Assembly: GCA_963745835.1 (NCBI GenBank)
Contig: CAVUZH010000003.1
Span: 96,001-160,000 of the forward strand
From: an uncultured delta proteobacterium
Lineage (GTDB): Bacteria > Desulfobacterota > Binatia > UBA9968
Direction of reading: 5' to 3'
Length of the DNA stretch: 64,000 bases
Shown here: piece by piece, positions 39,531 to 49,179 of the stretch
Position numbering within the stretch: the first letter of the stretch is position 1
How the letters are laid out: every line of letters starts with the position of its first letter
Notes under the pieces: model-generated
What the model saw: only the letters and a program-made list of their open reading frames with translations
Database searches by the model: none
Told to the model about the DNA's origin: nothing
Position numbers and translations under genes: made by a program

Positions 39531-39833
39531 TTACTCAGGATCGATTTCTTCCGTTTCGAGTGGCACATAGGTGCGGTGATCCAACGGGCATTCGTATACT
39601 TCTGTCGCGGTTTCCAGTTCTCGCTGCACCAGAGCGAGCGGCAGGCCGCATTCCTTGCCATCGACAAATGAGGTGCAGGTTCTTTTTACAACTTCGGCAA
39701 ACAGGTGCTCTGTGCGATGACCCCGCGCGCATTCGTAAGTTTCTACTTGGGTTTCAAGCTCTCGCTCGACCAGGAGTAGGTCAAGACCGCATTCTTTACC
39801 ATCGACCAGCGTGTGACATTTCCTCTCTTCCAT
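39531..39833 (-). CDS. 100-aa hypothetical protein with two tandem C-x8-C-x19-C-x3-H repeats
   Basis: Strong RBS (AGGAGG); 47-aa internal duplication conserving VDGKECGL...RELET...YEC...HRT. Confidence 0.8.
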   Translation of the reverse strand: MEERKCHTLVDGKECGLDLLLVERELETQVETYECARGHRTEHLFAEVVKRTCTSFVDGKECGLPLALVQRELETATEVYECPLDHRTYVPLETEEIDPE

Positions 39834-40006
39834 TTGTTTCCTCCTGGTGATCGAACTCGTTTCACCATAGCCTGCTAAATTCAGCTTTGCCCGCTACCAT
39901 CCGGGGTGTCAAGTAGGACGAAGCAATCTCGAGCGACAAAAAGCTGGTGGTTCTAAGTCGAATTACGGGGTTGAAGGCTAGGAGATCCTGAATTTCAACA
40001 TGACAC

Positions 40007-41827
40007 TCAGCGATAGCCTTCCGCTTGCATGCTGAAGAGCTCCGCATAGGTGCCTCCGCGGCGCAGAAGTTCGTCGTGTGTGCCGAGCTCGGCAATGCGG
40101 CCTTCTTGAATGACCGCGATGCGGTCGGCCATGCGCACGGTGGAAAAACGATGCGAAATAAGGATTGCCATCTTCCCTTCCGTGAGCGCTTTAAAGTTTT
40201 GGAAGATTTCGTATTCGGCGCGCGCGTCGACCGATGCGGTGGGTTCATCGAGCACCAGAATCTCTGCATCGCGCATGAAGGCGCGAGCCAGGGCAACCTT
40301 TTGCCATTGGCCGAGAGAGAGCTCATGGCCGTCGTGAAACCAGCGCCCGAGCATGGTTTCATAGCCCTCCGGAAGTTCTTCGGCCACTGCGTGCGCGCCG
40401 CTTTTTCGAGCAGCCGCAGCAATCCGTTCGACATCGTCCATCGCATCAATCTGACCAAACCCGATGTTTTCTCTGACGGGCAGGTGATAGCGCACGAAGT
40501 CTTGAAAGATCACGCCGATTCTTTGCTGCAGTTCTAGAGGGTCCAGATCACAGATATCGATGCCGTCGATCAGAATGCTGCCTTCGGTGGGATCGTAAAG
40601 CCGGCTCAGGAGCTTTATAAGGGTGGTCTTGCCGGCTCCATTGTGGCCCACCAGCGCAATCTTCTCGCCGGGTCGTATGATGAGATTGACGCCGCGCAGG
40701 GCCCATTCCTCCCTGTCGGGATAGCGGAAACCGATATCGCGAAACTCGATGCCGCCGCGCAGCGGAAGCGACAGCTTGCGTTTTTGTCCGGTTATTTTCA
40801 TGCGCGGCTCGAGGCAGAGAAATTCGAAGAAGTTTGCCATGAACAAATTATTCTCATAAATATTGCCGACCGCCGAGAGAATCGATTGAAACGTCGATTG
40901 TCCCTGACGGAAAATCGCCAGATAAAGCGTCATATCGCCCAGCGAGATTTTACCCTGCACGGTATACCAGACGATCCAGGCGTAGGAGCCGTAAAATCCC
41001 AAAGTGGCGATGAGTCCCAGGCCGAATCCCGCAGTGGCCCGGCGCAGAGCCAGTGATTTGTCTTCCTCAAAGAACTTGTCGAACAGTGTCGTGTAACGAT
41101 TGAGCAAGGTGCCGCCGAGATTGAACAGCTTGATCTCTTTGACGGCGGTGTCCTCGGTCAGCAGGCGTGAAAGATAATTGACCTGGCGCGTTTCGGGAGC
41201 GCGGCGGGTGAGCAAGCGAAAACCGCGCTCCGAGTAGCGGGTTTCGGCGATGAACGATGGGATACTGGTGGCCAGCAGAACCACCACCAGCCATGGACTG
41301 AAACGGAGCATCAAGAGGGCGAAGGAGATCAAGGTGATAGAGTTCTGCACGATTAGAAAAGTGTCGTTGATCAATTCCACCGGCTTGTACCCGCCCTCGC
41401 GCCGGGCATTTTGCAGCCGGTCGTAAAAATCAGAATCTTCAAAATAAGCCAGATCCAGAGTCAGCGCTTTGGCGATGATCTCGGCGCGAATCCGATTGGC
41501 GAGCTGGAGCTGAATCAGTTGTTGAATCAGGCGCCGGCCGTGATTGAAGGCTGCGCTGAGCAGGAAAAGACCGAGCTCAAGGAGCAAATAAATGAAAACT
41601 TTTCTCACCTGCTCGGCATTCTGGCCGCTTTGGATGGATGCGACCACTCCGTCGACGATGAGCTTTCCCACCCAGGCTTGGCTAGCTGGCAATAAAGCGC
41701 CACCCAATGTCAACAAGCCCAATCCCACAGTTGCCCAACGGTTGGTGCGCCAGACAAAGCGAACGGCCTGGGGCGTGTGAGTGAACGATTGGCGCAGCTG
41801 GCGCCATTTTCCCGGCAGAGAAATCAT
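40007..41827 (-). CDS. ABC exporter, fused permease/ATPase
   Basis: N-terminal TM domain; Walker A GHNGAGKT, 'LSLGQ' signature, 'LDEPTA', 'ISHRFSTVR'. Confidence 0.93.
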   Translation of the reverse strand: MISLPGKWRQLRQSFTHTPQAVRFVWRTNRWATVGLGLLTLGGALLPASQAWVGKLIVDGVVASIQSGQNAEQVRKVFIYLLLELGLFLLSAAFNHGRRLIQQLIQLQLANRIRAEIIAKALTLDLAYFEDSDFYDRLQNARREGGYKPVELINDTFLIVQNSITLISFALLMLRFSPWLVVVLLATSIPSFIAETRYSERGFRLLTRRAPETRQVNYLSRLLTEDTAVKEIKLFNLGGTLLNRYTTLFDKFFEEDKSLALRRATAGFGLGLIATLGFYGSYAWIVWYTVQGKISLGDMTLYLAIFRQGQSTFQSILSAVGNIYENNLFMANFFEFLCLEPRMKITGQKRKLSLPLRGGIEFRDIGFRYPDREEWALRGVNLIIRPGEKIALVGHNGAGKTTLIKLLSRLYDPTEGSILIDGIDICDLDPLELQQRIGVIFQDFVRYHLPVRENIGFGQIDAMDDVERIAAAARKSGAHAVAEELPEGYETMLGRWFHDGHELSLGQWQKVALARAFMRDAEILVLDEPTASVDARAEYEIFQNFKALTEGKMAILISHRFSTVRMADRIAVIQEGRIAELGTHDELLRRGGTYAELFSMQAEGYR

Positions 41828-42118
41828 CCTGGCAGGAATTAGATTACAGTTTCGGGTCTCCGATTAAAACTATAAACCCGCACTGCAAAGTTGGACCTCA
41901 GGTAGGGCAAGCGCTATGCAACCTGAGTTGCTATCCAGGATCGGAAACGGATCGAATTTCGTCGCACAATTTTATCGCCGAACACGAGATGGTTGCGGAG
42001 GCTTGTTGAAGAAGGATACCGAAACGATGTGGGCGACTCTCTAGCTTTGATATGATTCTTCTTTGATGGCGTAGCAGGGTAGGGAGATCAATTCGAACGA
42101 CATAGTCAAAGGATAAAA

Positions 42119-43117
42119 TTACTGTCGTCCGGCAGCTAATTCCTTGCGCGCTTTTTCCACGAAGCTGTAATCGATCACCTGAGCCGCACTGATAGGCTCC
42201 GATACTTTGGCACTTTCTCGTTGTTGATCTACCAGGGCCTGAAGTCCGTTCATGTTGATGGCGCCATCACGCAGCATCACCCTGACCATGTAATCATACA
42301 TTTCGCTCGCCATTGCGCGGTTCTTTACACTCCAGTGCTTGGCGATCATGTCGAGGCAAGCGTCTTTGTTATTCTTATCGGAGACAAACATCAGTCCACG
42401 CAGGGTGCCGCGCACCATCCGGTAAATCTCGTCAGGATTGTCTTTGATCTTTTTTATCGAGGCGCCGAAGCCATTTTGCGGAAACTCGATGTAATCGCCG
42501 GAAAAAGCCAGCTCGTTGAAACCTTTTTGCCGCGCAAGAATGTTCTCAGGCACCGAAAGCATTGCGGCGTCGACAATCCCGGCGTCGAGGGCCGCGAGCC
42601 GCCCGGCCTCGGATGCTACATAGACGGTTGAATAATCCCGGCCAAATTCCAAGCCTTCGCGGCGCAAGGTATATCGAGTCGCGAGGTCCGTCGTAGCACC
42701 GGGTGAGCTGACTGCAATTTTTTTGGATTTGAGTTGTTGAAAATTTTTAATTTCTGCTTTTGCCATAAGACCCTGCACAGGCGAACGCATCGTGAAGATG
42801 ACCGCCTTGATCGGCTGTCCCCTGACGGCCGCAGCGACGACACCGGTCACGGCGCCATTGTAATCGATGTCACCGGTGAGCGCCGCCGTGCTGGCGAGGG
42901 CGGCGGCCATCAGAATGAACTCAACGTCGATTCCCTCATCTTTGTAATAGCCCCGGTCTTTGGCTGCGTAAAACGGCAAGTACGTCACGTTTGCAGCTGG
43001 AATCGAGACTCGAACTCTCTTCAGTCCCGGCTGCGCTTGTGAATGGCTGGCGCAAACCAGGACTGCGGCGGCCAGCAGAGCAATCGCAACAACTGACCTT
43101 CCTAGAAAAGCGCACAT
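42119..43117 (-). CDS. ABC substrate-binding protein, SsuA/THI5/NMT1 type
   Basis: Signal peptide; 'AKDRGYYKDEGIDVE', 'ALDAGIVDAA'. Confidence 0.88.
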   Translation of the reverse strand: MCAFLGRSVVAIALLAAAVLVCASHSQAQPGLKRVRVSIPAANVTYLPFYAAKDRGYYKDEGIDVEFILMAAALASTAALTGDIDYNGAVTGVVAAAVRGQPIKAVIFTMRSPVQGLMAKAEIKNFQQLKSKKIAVSSPGATTDLATRYTLRREGLEFGRDYSTVYVASEAGRLAALDAGIVDAAMLSVPENILARQKGFNELAFSGDYIEFPQNGFGASIKKIKDNPDEIYRMVRGTLRGLMFVSDKNNKDACLDMIAKHWSVKNRAMASEMYDYMVRVMLRDGAINMNGLQALVDQQRESAKVSEPISAAQVIDYSFVEKARKELAAGRQ

Positions 43118-43498
43118 GGGAGACCTCCTTTATCGCTCCGGGATTCTTGCGCTACCTTTATGTGTTCGTCAATGAAAGAATCCTCCGTACTTAGCACATT
43201 TCGATCAGGGGCATGGAATTTTCCCCAACTAGGAAGAGTCTGCGGTTACTCTGGAAAGCGGCATGGCAACCGCGTTTCGGAGTTTCACCTCCGGAGACGT
43301 TCGTGGCGTCAGCATCTATGTAGATGCAAGCATAGCGCGCTTTCGATCTAAGTTCTTTCTTGAAGAAGATCTTAACCATGGGGTGACGGAATCGCTAAGC
43401 AGTTTTGGGTGACACTTTGGCTGACCTAGCGCAGGCGGCCCAATCCAATTGACACGCTTCCCCGCTGGATCATATATAAGGCGACCGGAGGATCTCAC

Positions 43499-44476
43499 AT
43501 GGTTCGATACCTAGCAGTCGTCTATAGTTTGATTTGGCTCCTGGTCTTGTCGCTCGGCGATGGCCGAGGCGCAGAGCGCGCCCGCGGTCAACCGCATACA
43601 ATCCGGATTGCGTATGTTTCACCGGTGACTACCATGGCGCCGATCTGGATTGCGAGCGAGATCGGTGCATACCAGCGCGAAGGGCTCGACCCGAGAATTG
43701 TCTTCATTGATGCACGAGTCGCCATTGCTGCCCTTGTAGCAGGCGAGGTCGATGCCGTAGTGATCTCTGCGCCGTCTGTGATACCCGCTGTCCTGAGCGG
43801 CGCCAACATTGCGTTTATTGCGGGACTGCATAACAAGATGATCTTCTCGTTTCACGCGCAGCCGGATATCCAAAGCTCGGCGCAGCTTAGAGGAAAGATT
43901 GTCGGCACAAATCGACCCGGCACACCCGCAGACTACGGAAATAGAGTTGCGCTGACAAAAATGGGTTTGAAGCCCAGCGACGTGCAGCTTATGCCATTGG
44001 GAAGTTCGGGAGTAATGTGGTCGGCATTGCAATCGCGCCAGGTCGCGGGCGTCACGCTCGCCCCGCCTTACAGCTTTAGAGCGGATGCGATGAAGTTTTC
44101 GCGTCTAGTGGATACCTACGACAAACCCTACCAGAACACGGGCGTCGTGGTTCGCAAGGATCGAATTCATTCGAGCGCGGATACATGGCTGCGTTTGCTC
44201 AGAGCTCTGCGGCAGGCAAACCTACGCTGGTATGAAGATCCAAAGCTCGCGATGTTCGTGCTTAGTAAATACACCCAGCAATCGGATCCGGATGTGCTGC
44301 AGAAAACGTATGATTTCGAATCGAATCCACCCGGATTTACCAAGGACTTAAAAGTATCCGACAGCGGTCTTCAAGGCATCCTCGACTTTTTAGCCTCGAC
44401 AGTCCGTCCGGAAGCGGGAAAGGCTGCGCCGAAAGAATTCTACGACACCACAATTCTGGATAGGTTGGAGAAATAA
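43499..44476 (+). CDS. ABC substrate-binding protein, SsuA/THI5/NMT1 type
   Basis: Signal peptide; 'ALVAGEVD', 'LRGKIVG'. Confidence 0.88.
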   Translation: MVRYLAVVYSLIWLLVLSLGDGRGAERARGQPHTIRIAYVSPVTTMAPIWIASEIGAYQREGLDPRIVFIDARVAIAALVAGEVDAVVISAPSVIPAVLSGANIAFIAGLHNKMIFSFHAQPDIQSSAQLRGKIVGTNRPGTPADYGNRVALTKMGLKPSDVQLMPLGSSGVMWSALQSRQVAGVTLAPPYSFRADAMKFSRLVDTYDKPYQNTGVVVRKDRIHSSADTWLRLLRALRQANLRWYEDPKLAMFVLSKYTQQSDPDVLQKTYDFESNPPGFTKDLKVSDSGLQGILDFLASTVRPEAGKAAPKEFYDTTILDRLEK

Positions 44477-44917
44477 ATCAGCGCAACGATTACGAGTTTA
44501 CCGCGCTTGAACGGTGATTCGGTCTAAATTAACCCGCCGGACGGGGGTCGCTAAAGCGAAACCACCGGCCTTTGTAAGTAAGGATCTCGATTACGTGTAG
44601 GTGCGAACTAAGAAGGCGCAATTTGCGTTGGTCACTCATTACTACTTGGTCAATTACAGAGCTAATCAAAGAACTGTTACACAACCCCAGCAGCAGGCGG
44701 CTAGTCCAACATAAGTTTACCAGTCCAGCGACCGCGCCCGTCCGTGATCCGGTCATTGTTCAAATGTCTCCATTGTTGAACGCTATTTTTGTATTGAACA
44801 AACTTATTCACGCGTGATATCCCAGCAAAATGAGGTTCGTTGTCCTAGTCCTCGTCGAGATAATGATTGCTGTAATCGGGATATTGATAACTACCCGTAA
44901 TGACCGGAAGGCTGGAG

Positions 44918-45820
44918 TCATTTCACCAATCCAACAGCACCGCCGGCCTTCGCTCCTATCATGGCTCTATTCACGATTGCACCGAGTTCTAAGATGAAAG
45001 GGCCGCTCTCGGTCTGCACATAACCTGGTCCAAACTTCACCAGGTACTTTCCGCGCGCGATCGACTCAAAAACTCCGTGCCTCCTGATGTCCGCGGCCTT
45101 GAATCCCGTGGTCTTCGAGTAATCCGCAACATTGAGCAGGTCTTTAATCGCCTTCGGTCATGCCGTAGCGTGGTGGCTGGATCTTATAACCGCGGCTGAA
45201 CATGCCGCCGCCAATACTGAGAAGCCCGCCGGTTACTTCCTGCACCGCTTCATCCATACGCGAACTGTTAAACGTGCCACTCAAGTCTTTGGCCTGCCAT
45301 GATTTGGCGGCATAGGCTGCCAAAGCTGCGTCTGTGATGGTGGCGTGGTGCTCCACGTTGCCTTGGTAGGCTGATCCAAGATTGCTGCTCTCGGTGCGTC
45401 CATCGATAAACCCATGGTCAAAGCGGTGATGGATTCGTTGTTGCCGGCCATGGCTCTGACTCTGTCGCCGCTGAATCCGTTCCTTAGCTGATTGAAGATG
45501 GCCACCTTGCCGTCCGCCGGTGCAGCGTCCAGCTTCTTCTTTAGAGCGTCTGATTCCTTGTCCGATAATGTTCTGATAGTGCTGAGCCGGTAGCGCTGCT
45601 CGACAATGCCGGCGGAGATATCCAGTGCTCGCATTGAACTTGGATTGTTTAGATCAGCGGTGCTGGTGGTGGAATAACCCGGCGCACACTCCCGCTGTCA
45701 TAGAATCGGTTTTCAGTTGCGCCTTGGTGGTCTCGTGCGCTGATTTCAAATCGGCAAGGAACTTCGCTTCCTCGCTAGTCTTGGGTGCCTGGGGTTTCTT
45801 CCATGAGTATTCCTCTTGAC
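44918..45820 (-). pseudogene. Multiply frameshifted phage internal-virion/ejection-like protein C-terminus
   Basis: Stitched frames: 'EAKFLADLKSAHETTKAQLKTD', 'DLNNPSSMRALDISAGIVEQRY...LKKKLDAAPADGKVAIFNQL', 'MDEAVQEVTGG...PPRYGMTEGD', 'ESIARGKYLVKFGPGYVQTESGPFILEL'. Confidence 0.55.
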
Positions 45821-46077
45821 GGAAGAAGAGACGAGATATGGAATTAAAGCCCGGTGTTAGGCTTTAAACGATTCGCTTATCGTTATTCGCAACCACTTCC
45901 GACCACCCCTCTACAACAATTTTAGAAATATTGCCCAGTCGTGACGGTTTTCACGGTCCAGAAGATACTTTCGGGGATATTATGGGACGCAGAGAGTAGG
46001 GGAGAAGTAGAGACATTCTCTAACTTTTACCTTACCCGTTGGGTTTTTGTCTTACGTGCGGATTGTGTGGCTGAAGG

Positions 46078-46101
46078 GTTCGAGTCTACGTGGGCCCACC
46101 A
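46078..46101 (+). other. tRNA 3'-end fragment (att-like duplication), probably tRNA-Ile family
   Basis: G-TTCGAGT-CTACG-TGGGCCC-A-CCA = T-loop, 3' T-stem, 7-nt acceptor strand, discriminator and CCA; upstream sequence cannot form the rest of a cloverleaf. Confidence 0.65.
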
Positions 46102-46187
46102 ATTCAACTGTGTTGAAGAATTGCTTGGGAACTTTGGCAAAGCTGCTAGGATAGACGATGGCCGCGGATAGAATTGATGGGACGCTA

Positions 46188-47279
46188 CTATTTACCACCT
46201 CTGATAAAGAGGCGTTTCATCAAGTCCTGCCACTCGGCGAAGTTCTTCTCGAACTCTTCCAACGAGTACTGATTCTCCAAGTAGTTCTTCTTGAATTTCT
46301 GATCGACGTCCATGTCATCTCTGGGAGAATTTAGTCCGCCCTTCATGACGACCTGCTGGCCCTCCTTCGAGTGGAGATAATCGAGAAATAGGATCGCCGC
46401 ATGCGGATGCGGAGATCTGGTCGTCATGGCGGAGGAGCCCACATTGGTCAGCACGGGTTCTAATGGACGCCATTCCACAGGCGCGCCTTTTCTTTTCGCC
46501 GTAACCATATTCGAATCGAATATCGTCGGAGAGAGCGGAACTTCACCCGAGACCACCTGGTTGGCAAGCGCAGCCGGAACGATGTTCTGGACCTTGACAT
46601 CCTGTTGGCTGAGTTTTTCTAGAAACTCACGACCCATCGTATTAACGATATGACCGACCCAACGCGGACCGCTTGAACCTCCGGCCATGGTCATCTTGCC
46701 TTTCCACTTGGGATCCAGGAGCGCGGCGTAATCTTTCGGTGCGTCGTTTGCGGGAACGGCTTTAGTGTTAAATCCGAGGCCAATGTACAATTCGCGATTT
46801 GCCCAGAAGAAAACACCGCCGTTCTTACCTTTCTCCTTTACATCGTCGCTGAAGGCGTTTATTTCGGGCGAAAAGTGTTCCTGCAAAAAGCCGCGCTTAT
46901 GCAAAATTTCGATACCGGTGCTGGTCTCGACAACGTCAGCGATATACCGACCCGAGGCATATTCTTCGATAACCCTCTTGAGGACGTCCCTGCCTTCGCT
47001 CCGCCATACACCGACTTTGATGAACGGGTATTTTTTTTCGAATTCCTGGGCAACGACGTCCATCCAGGTGTTAGAGTTATAGAACATTAACTGACCTTCT
47101 TTTTTGGCACCTTCGATCAGTTTCGCTTCTCGATCTTTGCCGCGGTACAACGCGATCTCAACGACGCTGGCGGCAAATACGGTACTGCAGTGGCCGACGA
47201 AGATTCCCATGGATAGCACCCAGGCCACCTTTATAGGCCAGGATCTCTGTTTCGGTAAATAACCAAACATTCGAATCAT
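46188..47279 (-). CDS. Extracellular solute-binding protein, AfuA/FbpA type
   Basis: 'REAKLIEGAKKEG', 'LLDPKWKGK', 'PHPHAAILFLDYLHSKEGQ'. Confidence 0.88.
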   Translation of the reverse strand: MIRMFGYLPKQRSWPIKVAWVLSMGIFVGHCSTVFAASVVEIALYRGKDREAKLIEGAKKEGQLMFYNSNTWMDVVAQEFEKKYPFIKVGVWRSEGRDVLKRVIEEYASGRYIADVVETSTGIEILHKRGFLQEHFSPEINAFSDDVKEKGKNGGVFFWANRELYIGLGFNTKAVPANDAPKDYAALLDPKWKGKMTMAGGSSGPRWVGHIVNTMGREFLEKLSQQDVKVQNIVPAALANQVVSGEVPLSPTIFDSNMVTAKRKGAPVEWRPLEPVLTNVGSSAMTTRSPHPHAAILFLDYLHSKEGQQVVMKGGLNSPRDDMDVDQKFKKNYLENQYSLEEFEKNFAEWQDLMKRLFIRGGK

Positions 47280-47280
47280 T

Positions 47281-48150
47281 CTATTTGTCTCCCGTGATAT
47301 TTGTTTTGGTGCCATCACGCCACCACGACACGACGTCTTCATGCGTCGTGAATACGACGCCTTCGAACTGCTTGGCGTAAGCAATGAAATCGCTGAAGCT
47401 TTTCGCTCGGGATGGACGTCCTGTTACGTAATCATGAACGGTTAACGGCATCAGCACAGGCTCCTGTGCGCCGCGCTCATAGAGTGCATCGAACCCCGCC
47501 TTCAATCCACGTAAGAAAAAATCGGGAGTTGTGCAGTTCCAGGTGCTATAAGTATTGAACTGAAACCGTTGCGAGCAAAGAGCAACGTCGCTATACGCCG
47601 CGAAAGGGATTTCGACAAGCTGCCGGCCGTGTCCTTCAAGCAAGTAAGGCAAGTCGTCGTTCCACATGCTGCCGTCCCATTCGAAGTCGAAGTATTTCAG
47701 GATTAAATCGATGGTATTGTGGCTGGCAAAACAGGTCCGCCAGCCGCGCAGATGCTCCCCCAAGAGGTCTTCGAAAACGGTTACGGTTTTCTTCATCAGC
47801 TCGAGCTCTTTGGCGGCTGGCAAATTACACATCATTTCGTGCTCATAGGTGTGGCCTGCGATGGCGTTGCCGGCTTTCTTGACTGCCCGCGACACCTCAG
47901 GATATTTCTCGGCCGTGGCGCCGCAAATGAGCCAGGTTCCTTTGACTCCGTGCTTCTCCATAATTTCCAGCAGCCGCCAAGCGCCGCGGCGTCCGCCGTA
48001 TTGGCGCTCGCTGAAATCGAAACCATCAGGTTGGTCGTCGGGATAGAGCGAGCTCATCTCCTCGGATTGATGATGCGGGCTGATGATGATCGGCAGCCGT
48101 ACTCCATCCGGCCACCGCGGCAGTGAGTCAATGCGGCGTTCTTTCCACAT
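47281..48150 (-). CDS. Polysaccharide deacetylase / PuuE-fold protein
   Basis: 'QYGGRRGAWRLL', 'AGHTYEHE', 'NDDLPY', 'HDYVTGRP'. Confidence 0.85.
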   Translation of the reverse strand: MWKERRIDSLPRWPDGVRLPIIISPHHQSEEMSSLYPDDQPDGFDFSERQYGGRRGAWRLLEIMEKHGVKGTWLICGATAEKYPEVSRAVKKAGNAIAGHTYEHEMMCNLPAAKELELMKKTVTVFEDLLGEHLRGWRTCFASHNTIDLILKYFDFEWDGSMWNDDLPYLLEGHGRQLVEIPFAAYSDVALCSQRFQFNTYSTWNCTTPDFFLRGLKAGFDALYERGAQEPVLMPLTVHDYVTGRPSRAKSFSDFIAYAKQFEGVVFTTHEDVVSWWRDGTKTNITGDK

Positions 48151-48152
48151 GG

Positions 48153-49001
48153 TTAGCTCCTGGATTTCGGCTGCAGACAACGCTTGGACCATTCGGCGAT
48201 CTCGCTGCATTTTGCAAACCAAAGCTCCTCATGGCCGCTTAAACGTTCGAGAAAATGTTTCAAAGCTCGCAGCGGGGCAGGGCGCCCGACGCCCCAGGTT
48301 TGTAGGCTCAAGATGAAGAGCCGGGAAGCTCGTTCGCTTTCCTCGTAAAGCATGTCGAACTCGTTATTCCATACATTGGTCAAGCCGTCGGAGCCGCCGC
48401 GTTGAGGATAGGGATAACCAATGAAGGTTTTGTCGGCAGTGCTGGTCGTGAATGGAATCTCAACCAATTGTCGGCCGTCGCAATCGAATAGATAGGGCAA
48501 ATCATCGTTCAACAGGCTGCTATCCCAGGTAAAACCGTTTTCCGCTAGAAGATCCAGAGTCTGCGGGCTGGTACGATAGTCTGGACAGCGCCAACCGATG
48601 ATTTTGACGCCCGCCACATTTTCCAAAGCTTGACTCGAGCGGCGCAGAACCGACTGTTCGCGCTCGGTGCTGTAGGCTCGCACCTTCTCAAAGTTATAAC
48701 TCATCCCCGCTAGTTCGTGGCCAGCCTCGTGAGCGGCGCGAACCGCTTGCGGGTACTTTTCCGCCGTTGCGCCACAGATGAAAAAAGTCGCTTTGATCTG
48801 GAAACGGTCGAGGAGTTCCAATATTTTCCATATGCCCGTCCGGCCACCATACTCCATCGTTCCCGATACCATGAAGTTCGGTCGATCACCGGGAAGAGGA
48901 GGGGCTCCTTCGCCAGACTGATGCTCAAACGTAAGAACAATCGGAAGACGTTTCCCCAAAGGCCATTTGATATCACTCAGAGAGCGCTGTTCTGTAGCCA
49001 A
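48153..49001 (-). CDS. Polysaccharide deacetylase / PuuE-fold protein lacking the usual His ligands
   Basis: 'EYGGRTGIWKIL', 'GHELAGMSYNFE', 'GWRCP', 'NDDLPY', 'LQTWGVGRP'. Confidence 0.82.
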   Translation of the reverse strand: MATEQRSLSDIKWPLGKRLPIVLTFEHQSGEGAPPLPGDRPNFMVSGTMEYGGRTGIWKILELLDRFQIKATFFICGATAEKYPQAVRAAHEAGHELAGMSYNFEKVRAYSTEREQSVLRRSSQALENVAGVKIIGWRCPDYRTSPQTLDLLAENGFTWDSSLLNDDLPYLFDCDGRQLVEIPFTTSTADKTFIGYPYPQRGGSDGLTNVWNNEFDMLYEESERASRLFILSLQTWGVGRPAPLRALKHFLERLSGHEELWFAKCSEIAEWSKRCLQPKSRS

Positions 49002-49030
49002 TGTTGATCACCTAACCCACGTTTTTTGCT

Positions 49031-49059
49031 GCTATAACAACCGGTGTCAGCCTTGTCAA
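49031..49059 (-). promoter_or_regulatory. sigma70-like promoter TTGACA-N17-TATAGC with TG extension
   Basis: Reverse-strand hexamers at 49054-49059 and 49031-49036, 30 bp upstream of TTG 49001. Confidence 0.6.
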
Positions 49060-49179
49060 ACTTAACAGTTCATTGTTGATCTCGACTTACTTGCGACAGA
49101 AATACAATGCTGATATTTAAGCGAGACTGTTCCGCCGAATGCGCTGCGCGCAACCTACATAACGGGTTGAGGAAACATC

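Larger units (their letters stand above)
44530..46101. mobile_element. Decayed prophage/integrative element remnant (left boundary uncertain)
   Basis: ORF-poor and A/T-richer; contains a frameshifted phage-like gene and ends at a tRNA 3'-end fragment. Confidence 0.55.

Noticed and set aside
41905-41920. GG-N10-GC sigma54-like sequence GGGCAAGCGCTATGCA
   Set aside because: Points away from the adjacent gene start and has a weak -12 element; no downstream + strand gene
46030-46101. Intact tRNA gene
   Set aside because: Only the 3' 24 nt fit; no 5' acceptor strand, D-arm or anticodon arm
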